DNA from: an uncultured Aminicenantes bacterium
GTDB lineage: Bacteria > Acidobacteriota > Aminicenantia > UBA2199
Direction: 5' to 3'
Assembly: GCA_965195285.1 (NCBI GenBank)
Contig: CBDAFS010000039.1
Coordinates: 64,001-128,000 of the forward strand
Length of the DNA stretch: 64,000 nt
Part shown: in pieces, positions 47,189-55,723 of the stretch
Position numbering within the stretch: position 1 is the first letter of the stretch
How the letters are laid out: each line of letters begins with the position of its first letter
Made by a program: the position numbers and the translations under genes
The notes under the pieces: model-generated
Databases searched by the model: none
What the model was told of the DNA's origin: nothing
The model's input: the letters and a program-made list of their open reading frames with translations, nothing else

Positions 47189-48462
47189 TATAAAAGATTC
47201 TCTAATAATTTATAAACACAAAATTCCCCGCACATGGAACAGGCTTCGGTGTTGGAACTGCGATTTTCTCTAATGTGGCGAAACTTCTCGGGATCAAGAC
47301 AGAACGCTTCCTGTTTTTTCCAATCCAATTCCTTTCTGGCCTGAGCCATTCCCTCATCCCGTTTCAATACATTGGGAACGCCTTTGGCAATATCTGCCAC
47401 ATGGGCAGCAATTTTTGAAGCCATTATCCCGTTTTTCACATCTTCATTATCGGGTAATCCCAGGTGTTCACTTGGAGTAACATAACAGAGGTAATCCGCT
47501 CCGGCTGCACCGGCAATGGATCCCCCAATGGCTGAGGTGATGTGATCATATCCCGGTGCGATATCGGTAACGATAGGCCCTAAAACATAAAACGGAGCCT
47601 CCAGACAGATTGTTTTCTGCAGCTTGACATTCATTTCAATTTGATCAATGGGGAGATGTCCCGGGCCTTCAACCATCACCTGAACACCGGCTTCCCGCGA
47701 TTGTTTCACCAGCTCCCCCAGGGTCAGCAACTCTTCCATCTGCCCCCAGTCAGAACCATCTGCCAGTGATCCGGGTCTTAATCCATCCCCCAACGACAAC
47801 GTAACTTCATATTTCTTGCATATTTCAAGTATTTGATCAAAATGAGAGTAAAACGGATTTTCCAGGTTATTATGGAGCATCCAACCGGTCAGCAGCGACC
47901 CTCCCCGGGAAACGATTCCTGCTTTTCTCTGTTGCCTTTTGACTTTTTCCACAGCCCTGCGGGTCAGACCCGCATGAATGGTCATGAAATCAACTCCATC
48001 CTCGGCCTGGGTAATGATGTATTCAACCATTTTTTCAAAAGTCAGGTCAACAAATATTTTTCCTTTTTTGACACTATCAACACAAATTTCATAAATGGGA
48101 ACATTTCCAAAAGGCAGGGTAGCCCGATTCAGTAGAGTCCGTCGAATTCTCCCGATCTCTCCACCTGTGCTCAAATCCATGACCGTATCGGCATGATACC
48201 GGATGACCATTTCCATTTTTTTCAATTCATCTTCGATCTGTTCAAAGTCTCCGGATGTTCCGATATTGGCATTGATCTTGGTTTTTAATTGTTTTCCGAT
48301 TCCAATTGGAATTAAATTTTTATGATTAATATTGGCAGGAATTACCACTTGTCCCCGGGCAATCAGTTCTCTTAAATCTTCCTCAGAAATTGATTCTTTC
48401 CGGGCAACCTGTTTCATTTCCGGGGTGATGAATCCCCTTTTTGCACTTTCCAGTTGTGTCAT
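47188..48462 (-). CDS. thiC: Phosphomethylpyrimidine synthase ThiC (short form)
   Basis: KINANIGTS, MDLSTGG, SRGGS, LGDGLRPG, EGPGH, YDHITSAIG, CSMCGEFC. Confidence 0.9.
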   Translation of the reverse strand: MTQLESAKRGFITPEMKQVARKESISEEDLRELIARGQVVIPANINHKNLIPIGIGKQLKTKINANIGTSGDFEQIEDELKKMEMVIRYHADTVMDLSTGGEIGRIRRTLLNRATLPFGNVPIYEICVDSVKKGKIFVDLTFEKMVEYIITQAEDGVDFMTIHAGLTRRAVEKVKRQQRKAGIVSRGGSLLTGWMLHNNLENPFYSHFDQILEICKKYEVTLSLGDGLRPGSLADGSDWGQMEELLTLGELVKQSREAGVQVMVEGPGHLPIDQIEMNVKLQKTICLEAPFYVLGPIVTDIAPGYDHITSAIGGSIAGAAGADYLCYVTPSEHLGLPDNEDVKNGIMASKIAAHVADIAKGVPNVLKRDEGMAQARKELDWKKQEAFCLDPEKFRHIRENRSSNTEACSMCGEFCVYKLLENLL

Positions 48463-48590
48463 CTTTGTATCTCCTGGAACTTATATTATCTCATTTTTTC
48501 TATTAAATCAAGTGTAAAATCTGGATGCCTTTCAAGTAAAAAACATCAATCAGCCAAAACCTTCTTCATCCGTTTTGGATCTATCGAGTA

Positions 48591-48619
48591 TTGACAAATA
48601 TCGGAAAACGCCTTATCAT
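48591..48619 (+). promoter_or_regulatory. Sigma70 promoter of the DnaJ-class gene
   Basis: TTGACA-17-TATCAT. Confidence 0.6.
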
Positions 48620-48643
48620 TTATCATAATCAAAAGGAAATAAA

Positions 48644-49546
48644 ATGGCTGCTGATTATTATAAAGTATTAGGTGTCAGTCGGAAAACATCCCAAGAGGAA
48701 ATCAAGAAAGCCTATCGAAAACTGGCCATGAAATACCATCCGGATAAAAATAAAGATAACAAAGAAGCCGAAGAAAAATTCAAGGAAATCAGTGAAGCCT
48801 ATGCCGTTCTGAGTAACGATGAAAAAAGGAAACAGTATGACCGGATTGGTGCCGAGGGATTTTCGCGCCGTTATTCCCAGGAGGATATTTTCCGTGGTTC
48901 TGATATTGGCAGTATATTCCAGGAATTTGGTTTTGGAGACCGTTTTAGTGGCAATGACCTCTTCTCTAATCTGTTTGGAGGAGGACGACAATCAAGAGGC
49001 CAACAATTCAACTTCAATTCTCGCTCCCCCCAGCATGCTGAAGCGGAACTCCTGGTAAACCTTGAAGATATTGTAAAGGGATCCACCAAGCGGGTATCCT
49101 TCAAAACCACTGAAGGTCTTGAACACCTGAATATAAAAATTCCGAAGGGAATCGAAGCCGGAAAAAAATTGCGCCTGAAGGGAAAAGGTCCTCTGGACCC
49201 TGTCAGCGGACAGCGGGGGGACCTCTTTTGTAAAATAATGATCGAACCCCATCCCCGGTTTCACAGAAAGGGCAATGATTTGGTTCATGAAGTAGAAGTG
49301 AATATCAGTACCCTGGTTTTAGGAGGAAAAGTACAAGTTACCACCCTCGAAGGGAAGACCATCGAATTGAAAATCCCTCCCTACACCCGGGACAATGCCT
49401 GTTTGCGAATCAAAGGCAAGGGAATCCCAGCCTCCGGAAATAAAACGGGTGGACATTTATTAGTCAGGCTTCATCCCAAAATCCCGACTCAATTAAGTCC
49501 TGAACAGAAAAAACTGTTTGAAAAACTCTCCGAACAGGGCTTGTAG
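48644..49546 (+). CDS. DnaJ-class chaperone (CbpA-like; J domain plus C-terminal domain, no Zn finger)
   Basis: [13 protein letters not shown]-rich region, LRLKGKG. Confidence 0.9.
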   Translation: MAADYYKVLGVSRKTSQEEIKKAYRKLAMKYHPDKNKDNKEAEEKFKEISEAYAVLSNDEKRKQYDRIGAEGFSRRYSQEDIFRGSDIGSIFQEFGFGDRFSGNDLFSNLFGGGRQSRGQQFNFNSRSPQHAEAELLVNLEDIVKGSTKRVSFKTTEGLEHLNIKIPKGIEAGKKLRLKGKGPLDPVSGQRGDLFCKIMIEPHPRFHRKGNDLVHEVEVNISTLVLGGKVQVTTLEGKTIELKIPPYTRDNACLRIKGKGIPASGNKTGGHLLVRLHPKIPTQLSPEQKKLFEKLSEQGL

Positions 49547-49551
49547 ATTCG

Positions 49552-51915
49552 TTATTTTACCTTTCTCTGAATCAATGAAACCGACCCGATTTTCCAGATC
49601 CCCCGGCCATAGGTGGCACAGACCAGGGTATTGTCCCGGGGATGAACAAACAAATCCCAGACAAAGCAGGTAGGCAATCCGTTTGCCAGTGCATGCCACG
49701 ACTGTCCTTTGTTCAGGGTGACATAAACACCAAAATCAGTGCCCACATATAATATTTTATCTTTCTTTGGATCCTCAAATACCACATTTACCGGTCCGCC
49801 CGGCAAGTTGGTTGAAATATCAACCCAGGTCCGGCCGAAATCGGTAGATTTGTACAAGTAGGCGTTGAAATCATCATCCCGCTTGCCATTCAGAGAAACA
49901 TATATGGTTCCTAATTCATAGGCCGATGCCACCACTCTGGACACATGCTTCTTAACGGGTAAACCCCTGGTAATTTCTCTCCACTTCAAACCGTGATTTT
50001 CCGTACACCAGACCCGTCCGTCATCGGTTCCCACAACCAACAACCCAAATTTCAGGGAAGATTCAGATATGCTGGATATGGTGGCAAAGGATATTTTTGC
50101 CGGGGAGACTCCCTGTTGAGCCGGATCATTATAGGTCAGATCATTGCTTATTCTCTCCCAGTCATCCCCTTGGTTTAAAGACCGGAACACAACCTGCATA
50201 CAGTGATAAATGATCTTATTGTTGTGAGGAGAAATGATAAAGGGCGCCAGCCATTGCCCCCTCAAAAGAGGTTTTCCCTTTTTTATTTTCGGTAAAATAT
50301 TAACCGTTTTGGCCGGGGTTTTTGAAAAATCCGTGCGAATGATTCGGCCATAAAAACTGGCCGAGTAAAAAATATTGGAATCGGTGGGATCAACCGCACA
50401 ATAACATCCCTCTCCTCCCGGAACCATGGTCCAGGGGGTCTTTAAGCGGTCAAAGGCATTGGGAAGTTCCGGCTTATAGTCAATGTTTCCCTTATAGGTT
50501 CCATGGTCCTGCACCGAACCGTAAATATTGAAGGGTTTCTCCATATCATAGGTAATATTACAGAACTGCACCACCGGATGAATGGTACGAAAGTTCTGCC
50601 AGGTTTTACCGGCATCATAGGAGACATTCACCCCTCCGTCATTTCCATTAACAACAAATTTCGAATTGTTGGGGTCAATCCACATGGCATGATGGTCGAC
50701 ATGAAGCCCGGGATAACGAATGACTTTAAAATTTTTTCCGCCGTCCGTTGATTTGGCCAGGGGAACGCCCATGATGTATACGGTATTCTCATCGCCGGGA
50801 TCCACCCGGATCTGGCCGAACACCCAGCCATATGTACTCAGTAAACGCTCCATCACTGCATTGCTTTTGCTGACCTTGACAAAGGAGTCCCCCACGTCAT
50901 CCGATCGGTAAACCTCTGCGCCCTTGATTCTTGGTTTTTTCAATACCCGACCGTAAGAATCCCTTTCCCCGGCACCCGGTTTTTTTCCTGCTTCATGGTT
51001 ATCAATTAGAACATAAACAACCCGGGGATTGCTTCGGCAGATATCAATTCCAATCCGACCCGTGTATTTGTAGTCGGGTAATCCCTGGGTCAGGATCTTC
51101 CAGGTTTGTCCGCCATCAAAGGTTTTAAAGAGACCGTCACCCGGTCCTGGTACCGGATCACTCCAGCGTTTCCGGGTTCTATTCCACATGGATACGATCA
51201 GGGTTTGTGAATCCTCCGGATGCATGATGAGATCGATGGCTCCGGTAGTTTGATTGAGATAAAAAATCTTTTTCCAGGTTATTCCGCCATCCACGGTTTT
51301 GTACAACCCGCGTTCGGGATTGACGGTCCATTCATTTCCGGATGCCGCCACATACACAATATCCGGATTGGTGGGATGAATGATGATGCGTGCGATGGTA
51401 TGGGTCTCTTCAAGCCCCATATGCTTCCAGTCCTGACCGCCATTGATGGATTTGTATATTCCCACTCCGGCAACCGAACCCCGAAATATATTGGCTTCTC
51501 CTGTCCCCACCCAGACAGTATCGGGTTGAGAGGCTGAAATGGCAATATCACCGATGGATATGGATGCCACATCATCCATGATGGGGAACCAGGTAGTTCC
51601 CGAATTTTCGGTCTTCCAGACCCCGCCAGTTGCCGCCCCGGCAAATATAATCCCCCGGTTTTGGGGATGAACTTCTACATCCGTGATTCGCCCGCTGATA
51701 ATATCCGGGCCCACAAACTTCCACTTCAACAACTTGAATGGAGATTTTTTCTTTAAAACCTGATGCTGGGCGAACCAGGCCAGCCTCTGCTTGGCCGGTG
51801 TATTTACGATCAGCTTCCCCTTTCGGCTTTTGGCATAAACCTGATCGGTTTGAACCGAAAGCAATATCAGGGATAATACCAGATAAAAAAGTAATTTAAT
51901 TGATTTTCTTTTCAT
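49552..51915 (-). CDS. Secreted VPS10/BNR (Asp-box) beta-propeller protein
   Basis: Signal peptide; SGRITD; repeated K(S/T)xDGGxTW Asp-boxes. Confidence 0.85.
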   Translation of the reverse strand: MKRKSIKLLFYLVLSLILLSVQTDQVYAKSRKGKLIVNTPAKQRLAWFAQHQVLKKKSPFKLLKWKFVGPDIISGRITDVEVHPQNRGIIFAGAATGGVWKTENSGTTWFPIMDDVASISIGDIAISASQPDTVWVGTGEANIFRGSVAGVGIYKSINGGQDWKHMGLEETHTIARIIIHPTNPDIVYVAASGNEWTVNPERGLYKTVDGGITWKKIFYLNQTTGAIDLIMHPEDSQTLIVSMWNRTRKRWSDPVPGPGDGLFKTFDGGQTWKILTQGLPDYKYTGRIGIDICRSNPRVVYVLIDNHEAGKKPGAGERDSYGRVLKKPRIKGAEVYRSDDVGDSFVKVSKSNAVMERLLSTYGWVFGQIRVDPGDENTVYIMGVPLAKSTDGGKNFKVIRYPGLHVDHHAMWIDPNNSKFVVNGNDGGVNVSYDAGKTWQNFRTIHPVVQFCNITYDMEKPFNIYGSVQDHGTYKGNIDYKPELPNAFDRLKTPWTMVPGGEGCYCAVDPTDSNIFYSASFYGRIIRTDFSKTPAKTVNILPKIKKGKPLLRGQWLAPFIISPHNNKIIYHCMQVVFRSLNQGDDWERISNDLTYNDPAQQGVSPAKISFATISSISESSLKFGLLVVGTDDGRVWCTENHGLKWREITRGLPVKKHVSRVVASAYELGTIYVSLNGKRDDDFNAYLYKSTDFGRTWVDISTNLPGGPVNVVFEDPKKDKILYVGTDFGVYVTLNKGQSWHALANGLPTCFVWDLFVHPRDNTLVCATYGRGIWKIGSVSLIQRKVK

Positions 51916-52047
51916 AAAACCTCCTGAAATAATTCCGTTATTTTAATGGGTTGACAATATCAGATCCACATCATTGTCAATGCATCACAACATATCATTG
52001 TATATGAATTTTTATTTTATTTCAAAATCAATCTATTTCTCTCACAA

Positions 52048-52500
52048 TCACTTCAGGGCGGCCCAGCATTCGATTTCCACCCGGGCTCCCAGGGCCAGGC
52101 CGCTGGCTCCAAAGGCGCTTCGGGCCGGTTTATGCCCTGGGAAATAGGTCACATAAATCTGGTTCATGTCTCCCCATTCACTGATATCTGCCAGCATAGC
52201 CGTGCATTTGACCACCCGGTTCATGGAACTCCCGAATTTTTCCAAAGTGACTTTGATGTTTTTCATGGTCTGGCGGGTTTCCGCTTTAATGCCACCCGGA
52301 ACCAATTTACCGGTATCGGGGTCAACTCCAAGCTGTCCGGAAAGAATCAATAAATCACCCACTCGAACCGCTTCACAAAAGGGTTTGGTCGCATCCGATC
52401 CCAGATATTCCACCGATACCGGTTCATCATTACCCTTTTCCCCCTGACAGGAAACCAGTGAAAACAAGAATAAAACAGCAAGCAATGATTTTACTCTCAT
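52048..52500 (-). CDS. RidA-family protein with a lipoprotein signal
   Basis: LVSC lipobox; SGQLG, PARS, VEIE; AGGAGG RBS before ATG 52500. Confidence 0.87.
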   Translation of the reverse strand: MRVKSLLAVLFLFSLVSCQGEKGNDEPVSVEYLGSDATKPFCEAVRVGDLLILSGQLGVDPDTGKLVPGGIKAETRQTMKNIKVTLEKFGSSMNRVVKCTAMLADISEWGDMNQIYVTYFPGHKPARSAFGASGLALGARVEIECWAALK

Positions 52501-52620
52501 GATAATCCTCCTTATAAAATGTATCAGGTCATATATCCCGGTCAATTTAAATCAATATAATTATTTTAAATGATTGATGTTCTGATTTCAAATGGTTGTA
52601 CTGATTCCTCAAAATACTCA

Positions 52621-52649
52621 TTGACAAAGAATCGGTTTCTACCCATAAT
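52621..52649 (+). promoter_or_regulatory. Sigma70 promoter
   Basis: TTGACA-17-CATAAT. Confidence 0.6.
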
Positions 52650-52678
52650 ATTCCTGATATGGTAAAGGAGGAAAACCC

Positions 52679-53539
52679 ATGGATACAAAAGTGATTAACT
52701 TATATCATGAATACAGGAATCAGCATCTGGACCGCCGATCATTTCTCAGAAGGTTGATCACCCTGGCCGGAGGCTCAGTTGCTGCCGTGGCTCTGATTCC
52801 CCTACTGGAAAATAAATCTGGCCGGGCCCGGGTGGTTTTCAGAGATGATGCCCGTCTGGATACAGCAACCATCCAGTATCCCGGTGAAACCGGCAGGGTA
52901 AGCGCCTATCTGGCCAAACCCAAAGACGACGGCAAACATCCGGGTATAATTGTCATCCACGAGAATAAGGGCCTTCGCCCCCATATCAGGGATGTGGCCC
53001 GGCGTGTGGCTCTGGAAGGATTTATGGTGATTGCACCGGATGCCCTGTCTCCTCTGGGCGGAAGTCCTGGTGATTCCGATAAGGCCCGGTCACGCATGAG
53101 AGAACTGGACCCCCAATCCACGGTTAAGAATTATGTGGCTGCAGTCAAATATCTGAAAACCCATCCCCAAACCACGGGAAAGGTGGGATGCATGGGATTC
53201 TGCTGGGGAGGCGGAGTAACCAATCAAGTAGCAGTCCTTTCTGCAGATCTCACCGCTGCGGTTCCCTTTTACGGGAGGCAACCAAAATCTGAAGATGTCC
53301 CCAACATCAAAGCCTCCTTGCTCTGCCATTACGGAGAACTGGACAAACGGATCAATGAAGGAATTGAAGCCTTTGAAGCGGCACTGAAAGCCAATTCTGT
53401 TAAATACAAAATATTTATGTATGAGGGGGCCAAACATGCTTTCTTCAATGATACCCGGCCGGACCGGTATCACCCGGAAGCATCCAGACTGGCCTGGAAG
53501 CGGACCATCGATTTTTTCAAAGAAGAGTTAAAGATCTAA
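52679..53539 (+). CDS. Dienelactone hydrolase family protein (YghX-like, twin-Arg motif)
   Basis: DRRSFL, HENKGL, GFCWGG, HAFFND. Confidence 0.9.
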   Translation: MDTKVINLYHEYRNQHLDRRSFLRRLITLAGGSVAAVALIPLLENKSGRARVVFRDDARLDTATIQYPGETGRVSAYLAKPKDDGKHPGIIVIHENKGLRPHIRDVARRVALEGFMVIAPDALSPLGGSPGDSDKARSRMRELDPQSTVKNYVAAVKYLKTHPQTTGKVGCMGFCWGGGVTNQVAVLSADLTAAVPFYGRQPKSEDVPNIKASLLCHYGELDKRINEGIEAFEAALKANSVKYKIFMYEGAKHAFFNDTRPDRYHPEASRLAWKRTIDFFKEELKI

Positions 53540-53569
53540 ATACCAGGATTATGTAAAAAAAACGTAAAT

Positions 53570-53819
53570 CGTGAGGACGTAAGACGTGAAACTTCTGGCT
53601 TCTGACTCCTGGCTCCTCAGACTTAGGTTAAGGCAAAGGTAAAGGAAAATAATTTTTTTTTGAATATCGAATATCGAATGACGAACAAGGAATAATGAAG
53701 TGTTATCAAAAAATGAATCTTTCCCTTCGATATTCATGATTCGACATTCGGTGTTCATCATTCAATGTTTAATAAGAATCACTTCGTTTCGGATTTCGAA
53801 TTTAGGTTTTCGGATTTTC
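53570..53819. repeat. Cluster of 6-7 nt periodic repeats, including a heptad inverted repeat
   Basis: GAATATC GAATATC GAATGAC GAACAAG GAATAAT GAAG ... CTTC GATATTC ATGATTC GACATTC GGTGTTC ATCATTC (53662-53763), plus other periodic tracts. Confidence 0.75.
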
Positions 53820-54950
53820 CCGGCGCCACTGGGCAGCCACTTCATCCACAAATGGCTTACAGTGGGTAAAAAACTGTTTATACCCCTGGCACAGGTAATT
53901 GAGCCCCAACTCCCCGTCCGGTGTCTTTATGAAACGATTTTTTGGGCATCCGCCATTGCACATGTCCAGAACCTCACACTGTTTGCAATATCCCGGGAGT
54001 CGATCCGATTTTGCCCGGCCAAAGGACCTCTGAGCCGGGCTTTCGAGCAATTCCGATAAAGGCATTTCTATGATATTACCCAATCGATGATCGGCATCTA
54101 CAAAATGATCACAGCTATAAAAATCCCCGTTGTGCTCCACCACCGGGATATCACCACAGGTTTTGCGAAATATGCACAGTGAATGATCCAGCCCAAAGGC
54201 GGTTCTGGCAGCTTCTTCGAATATTTGGATTTTGATCTGTCCGATATCCTGGTTCATCCATTCATCAAAAATAGTACAGAGAAAATTTCCAAATGCCTTT
54301 GAGGGAACGGTGCGCCGGCTCACTCCTGTAGTTCTCTCCGGTTCGGATTCTACCAGAGGGAGAAAACTCACATATTGTACACCAATCTGCTTGAAGAACC
54401 GGTATATTTCTTCAGGATAACGGACATTGGTATCATTGACCACACAGAGTATCTCGGTATTGGCTCCCTGACCCCTCAGGAGATCATATCCCTTCCTCAC
54501 CTGGCTGAAGGTGGGTTTTCCGCTTTTGGTTCGACGGTAGCGGTCATGCAGCTTCCTGGGCCCGTCCAGGCTCAATCCCACATAGAAGCTTTCTGCTGCC
54601 AGAAATTGGCACCATTGCTCATTCAGCAGGGTACCGTTGGTCTGTATTCCGTTGAATATTTTCCGGTTTCCCGGCAGGTGTTTTTTCTGCAGGGCTACAA
54701 TTTTACGGAAATAGTCCAGTCCCAGAAGCGTGGGTTCGCCGCCGTGCCATGAAAAGCGGATCACCGGTTCGCCGGAGGCCTCGATATGCTGGACAATATA
54801 CTCTTCCAGGATTATATCCGGCATCCGGAAGGATTCGGTTTCTGGGTAGAGCCGGTTTTTTTTCAAATAATAACAATACTCACAATTCAGGTTGCAGGCA
54901 GCCCCGATGGGTTTGACAAAAACCTGAAACATCCGGCTTACTGAATCCAC
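53802..54950 (-). CDS. Anaerobic sulfatase maturase (radical SAM/SPASM)
   Basis: KPIGAACNLNCEYCYY, WHGGEP, YSCDHFV, CNGGCPKNR, NYLCQGY. Confidence 0.93.
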   Translation of the reverse strand: MDSVSRMFQVFVKPIGAACNLNCEYCYYLKKNRLYPETESFRMPDIILEEYIVQHIEASGEPVIRFSWHGGEPTLLGLDYFRKIVALQKKHLPGNRKIFNGIQTNGTLLNEQWCQFLAAESFYVGLSLDGPRKLHDRYRRTKSGKPTFSQVRKGYDLLRGQGANTEILCVVNDTNVRYPEEIYRFFKQIGVQYVSFLPLVESEPERTTGVSRRTVPSKAFGNFLCTIFDEWMNQDIGQIKIQIFEEAARTAFGLDHSLCIFRKTCGDIPVVEHNGDFYSCDHFVDADHRLGNIIEMPLSELLESPAQRSFGRAKSDRLPGYCKQCEVLDMCNGGCPKNRFIKTPDGELGLNYLCQGYKQFFTHCKPFVDEVAAQWRRENPKT

Positions 54951-55041
54951 TTCTCGACCTTCAATCTCCTGATAAAATTGTAGGGAAAAGCGGTCAAAAT
55001 ATCAACTTTTAAATCCGGTGCCTTGATTTTTGAGTGAGAAA

Positions 55042-55596
55042 TTATTTTTTCGGTGGAAAGTTTTTTAAGATTTGAGCAACTGTTTTCTTAACCAGACTAC
55101 CGAGTTCTGTCGGAGACAGATCAGCCGGAATGACTTTTGAAGCATACCCCCTCCATATTAATTTTTTCTCCCGGGTAGACACCACATCAATAAACAAGGT
55201 CCCTTCTGCAAGTTGTTGCACATATCCACTTCCCGTAGAATGATACTGAACCCCGCGCCAGTAATGGGGATCCATGCTATACCCCCAATCGGTCAGTTTG
55301 AGCATATCTTTCCTTTTGGTATGAATGGCAATCAGTATATCGGGATTCTCTATATTTCTTTTTAAGCCTTTGGATTGTAAACTCGTGGTTACCGCTTCTA
55401 TTCCATTGGTTAAAACCACCGGATTTGTCTTTACATTGGCCGGAATGGGCATAAAAGAAAATGTTTTAAAATCATAGAAATTCTTTCCGGTATGATACTC
55501 ATAAACAATTTTTGTTTGAGTGGAACAATTGGATACCAAGCCCAGCAATAATATTATAAAAAATAGTATAAGATTTATTAATAATATTCGCTTCAT
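55042..55596 (-). CDS. DUF4136-like lipoprotein
   Basis: Lipobox-like VSNC; FKTFSF; EGTLFIDVV...LIWRG...ILKNFPP. Confidence 0.75.
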   Translation of the reverse strand: MKRILLINLILFFIILLLGLVSNCSTQTKIVYEYHTGKNFYDFKTFSFMPIPANVKTNPVVLTNGIEAVTTSLQSKGLKRNIENPDILIAIHTKRKDMLKLTDWGYSMDPHYWRGVQYHSTGSGYVQQLAEGTLFIDVVSTREKKLIWRGYASKVIPADLSPTELGSLVKKTVAQILKNFPPKK

Positions 55597-55723
55597 GAAA
55601 ACCTCCTGGCAAATACGCTTCATAAATGAAACATACCTGAATACCTACGATATTATCATGAAAAGAGAGTCATATCAACTGGATTTCAGTCAAATACACC
55701 TCTCTTTGGAAAAAAGACTGAAC

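Noticed and set aside
51951-51980. TTGACAAT-N14-ATTGTCAA palindrome (also TTGAC-N5-GTCAA at 2941-2955)
   Set aside because: Could be operators, but equally opposed -35 hexamers; no regulator can be assigned.
53549-53761. 70-aa ORF MMNTECRIMNIE...
   Set aside because: A translation artefact of the heptad repeats.
53640-53820. CRISPR array
   Set aside because: Units are 6-7 nt with no repeat-spacer structure, and there are no cas genes.
53802-54950. Third RiPP rSAM enzyme
   Set aside because: Its motifs match anaerobic sulfatase maturases, and there is no RRE or precursor nearby.
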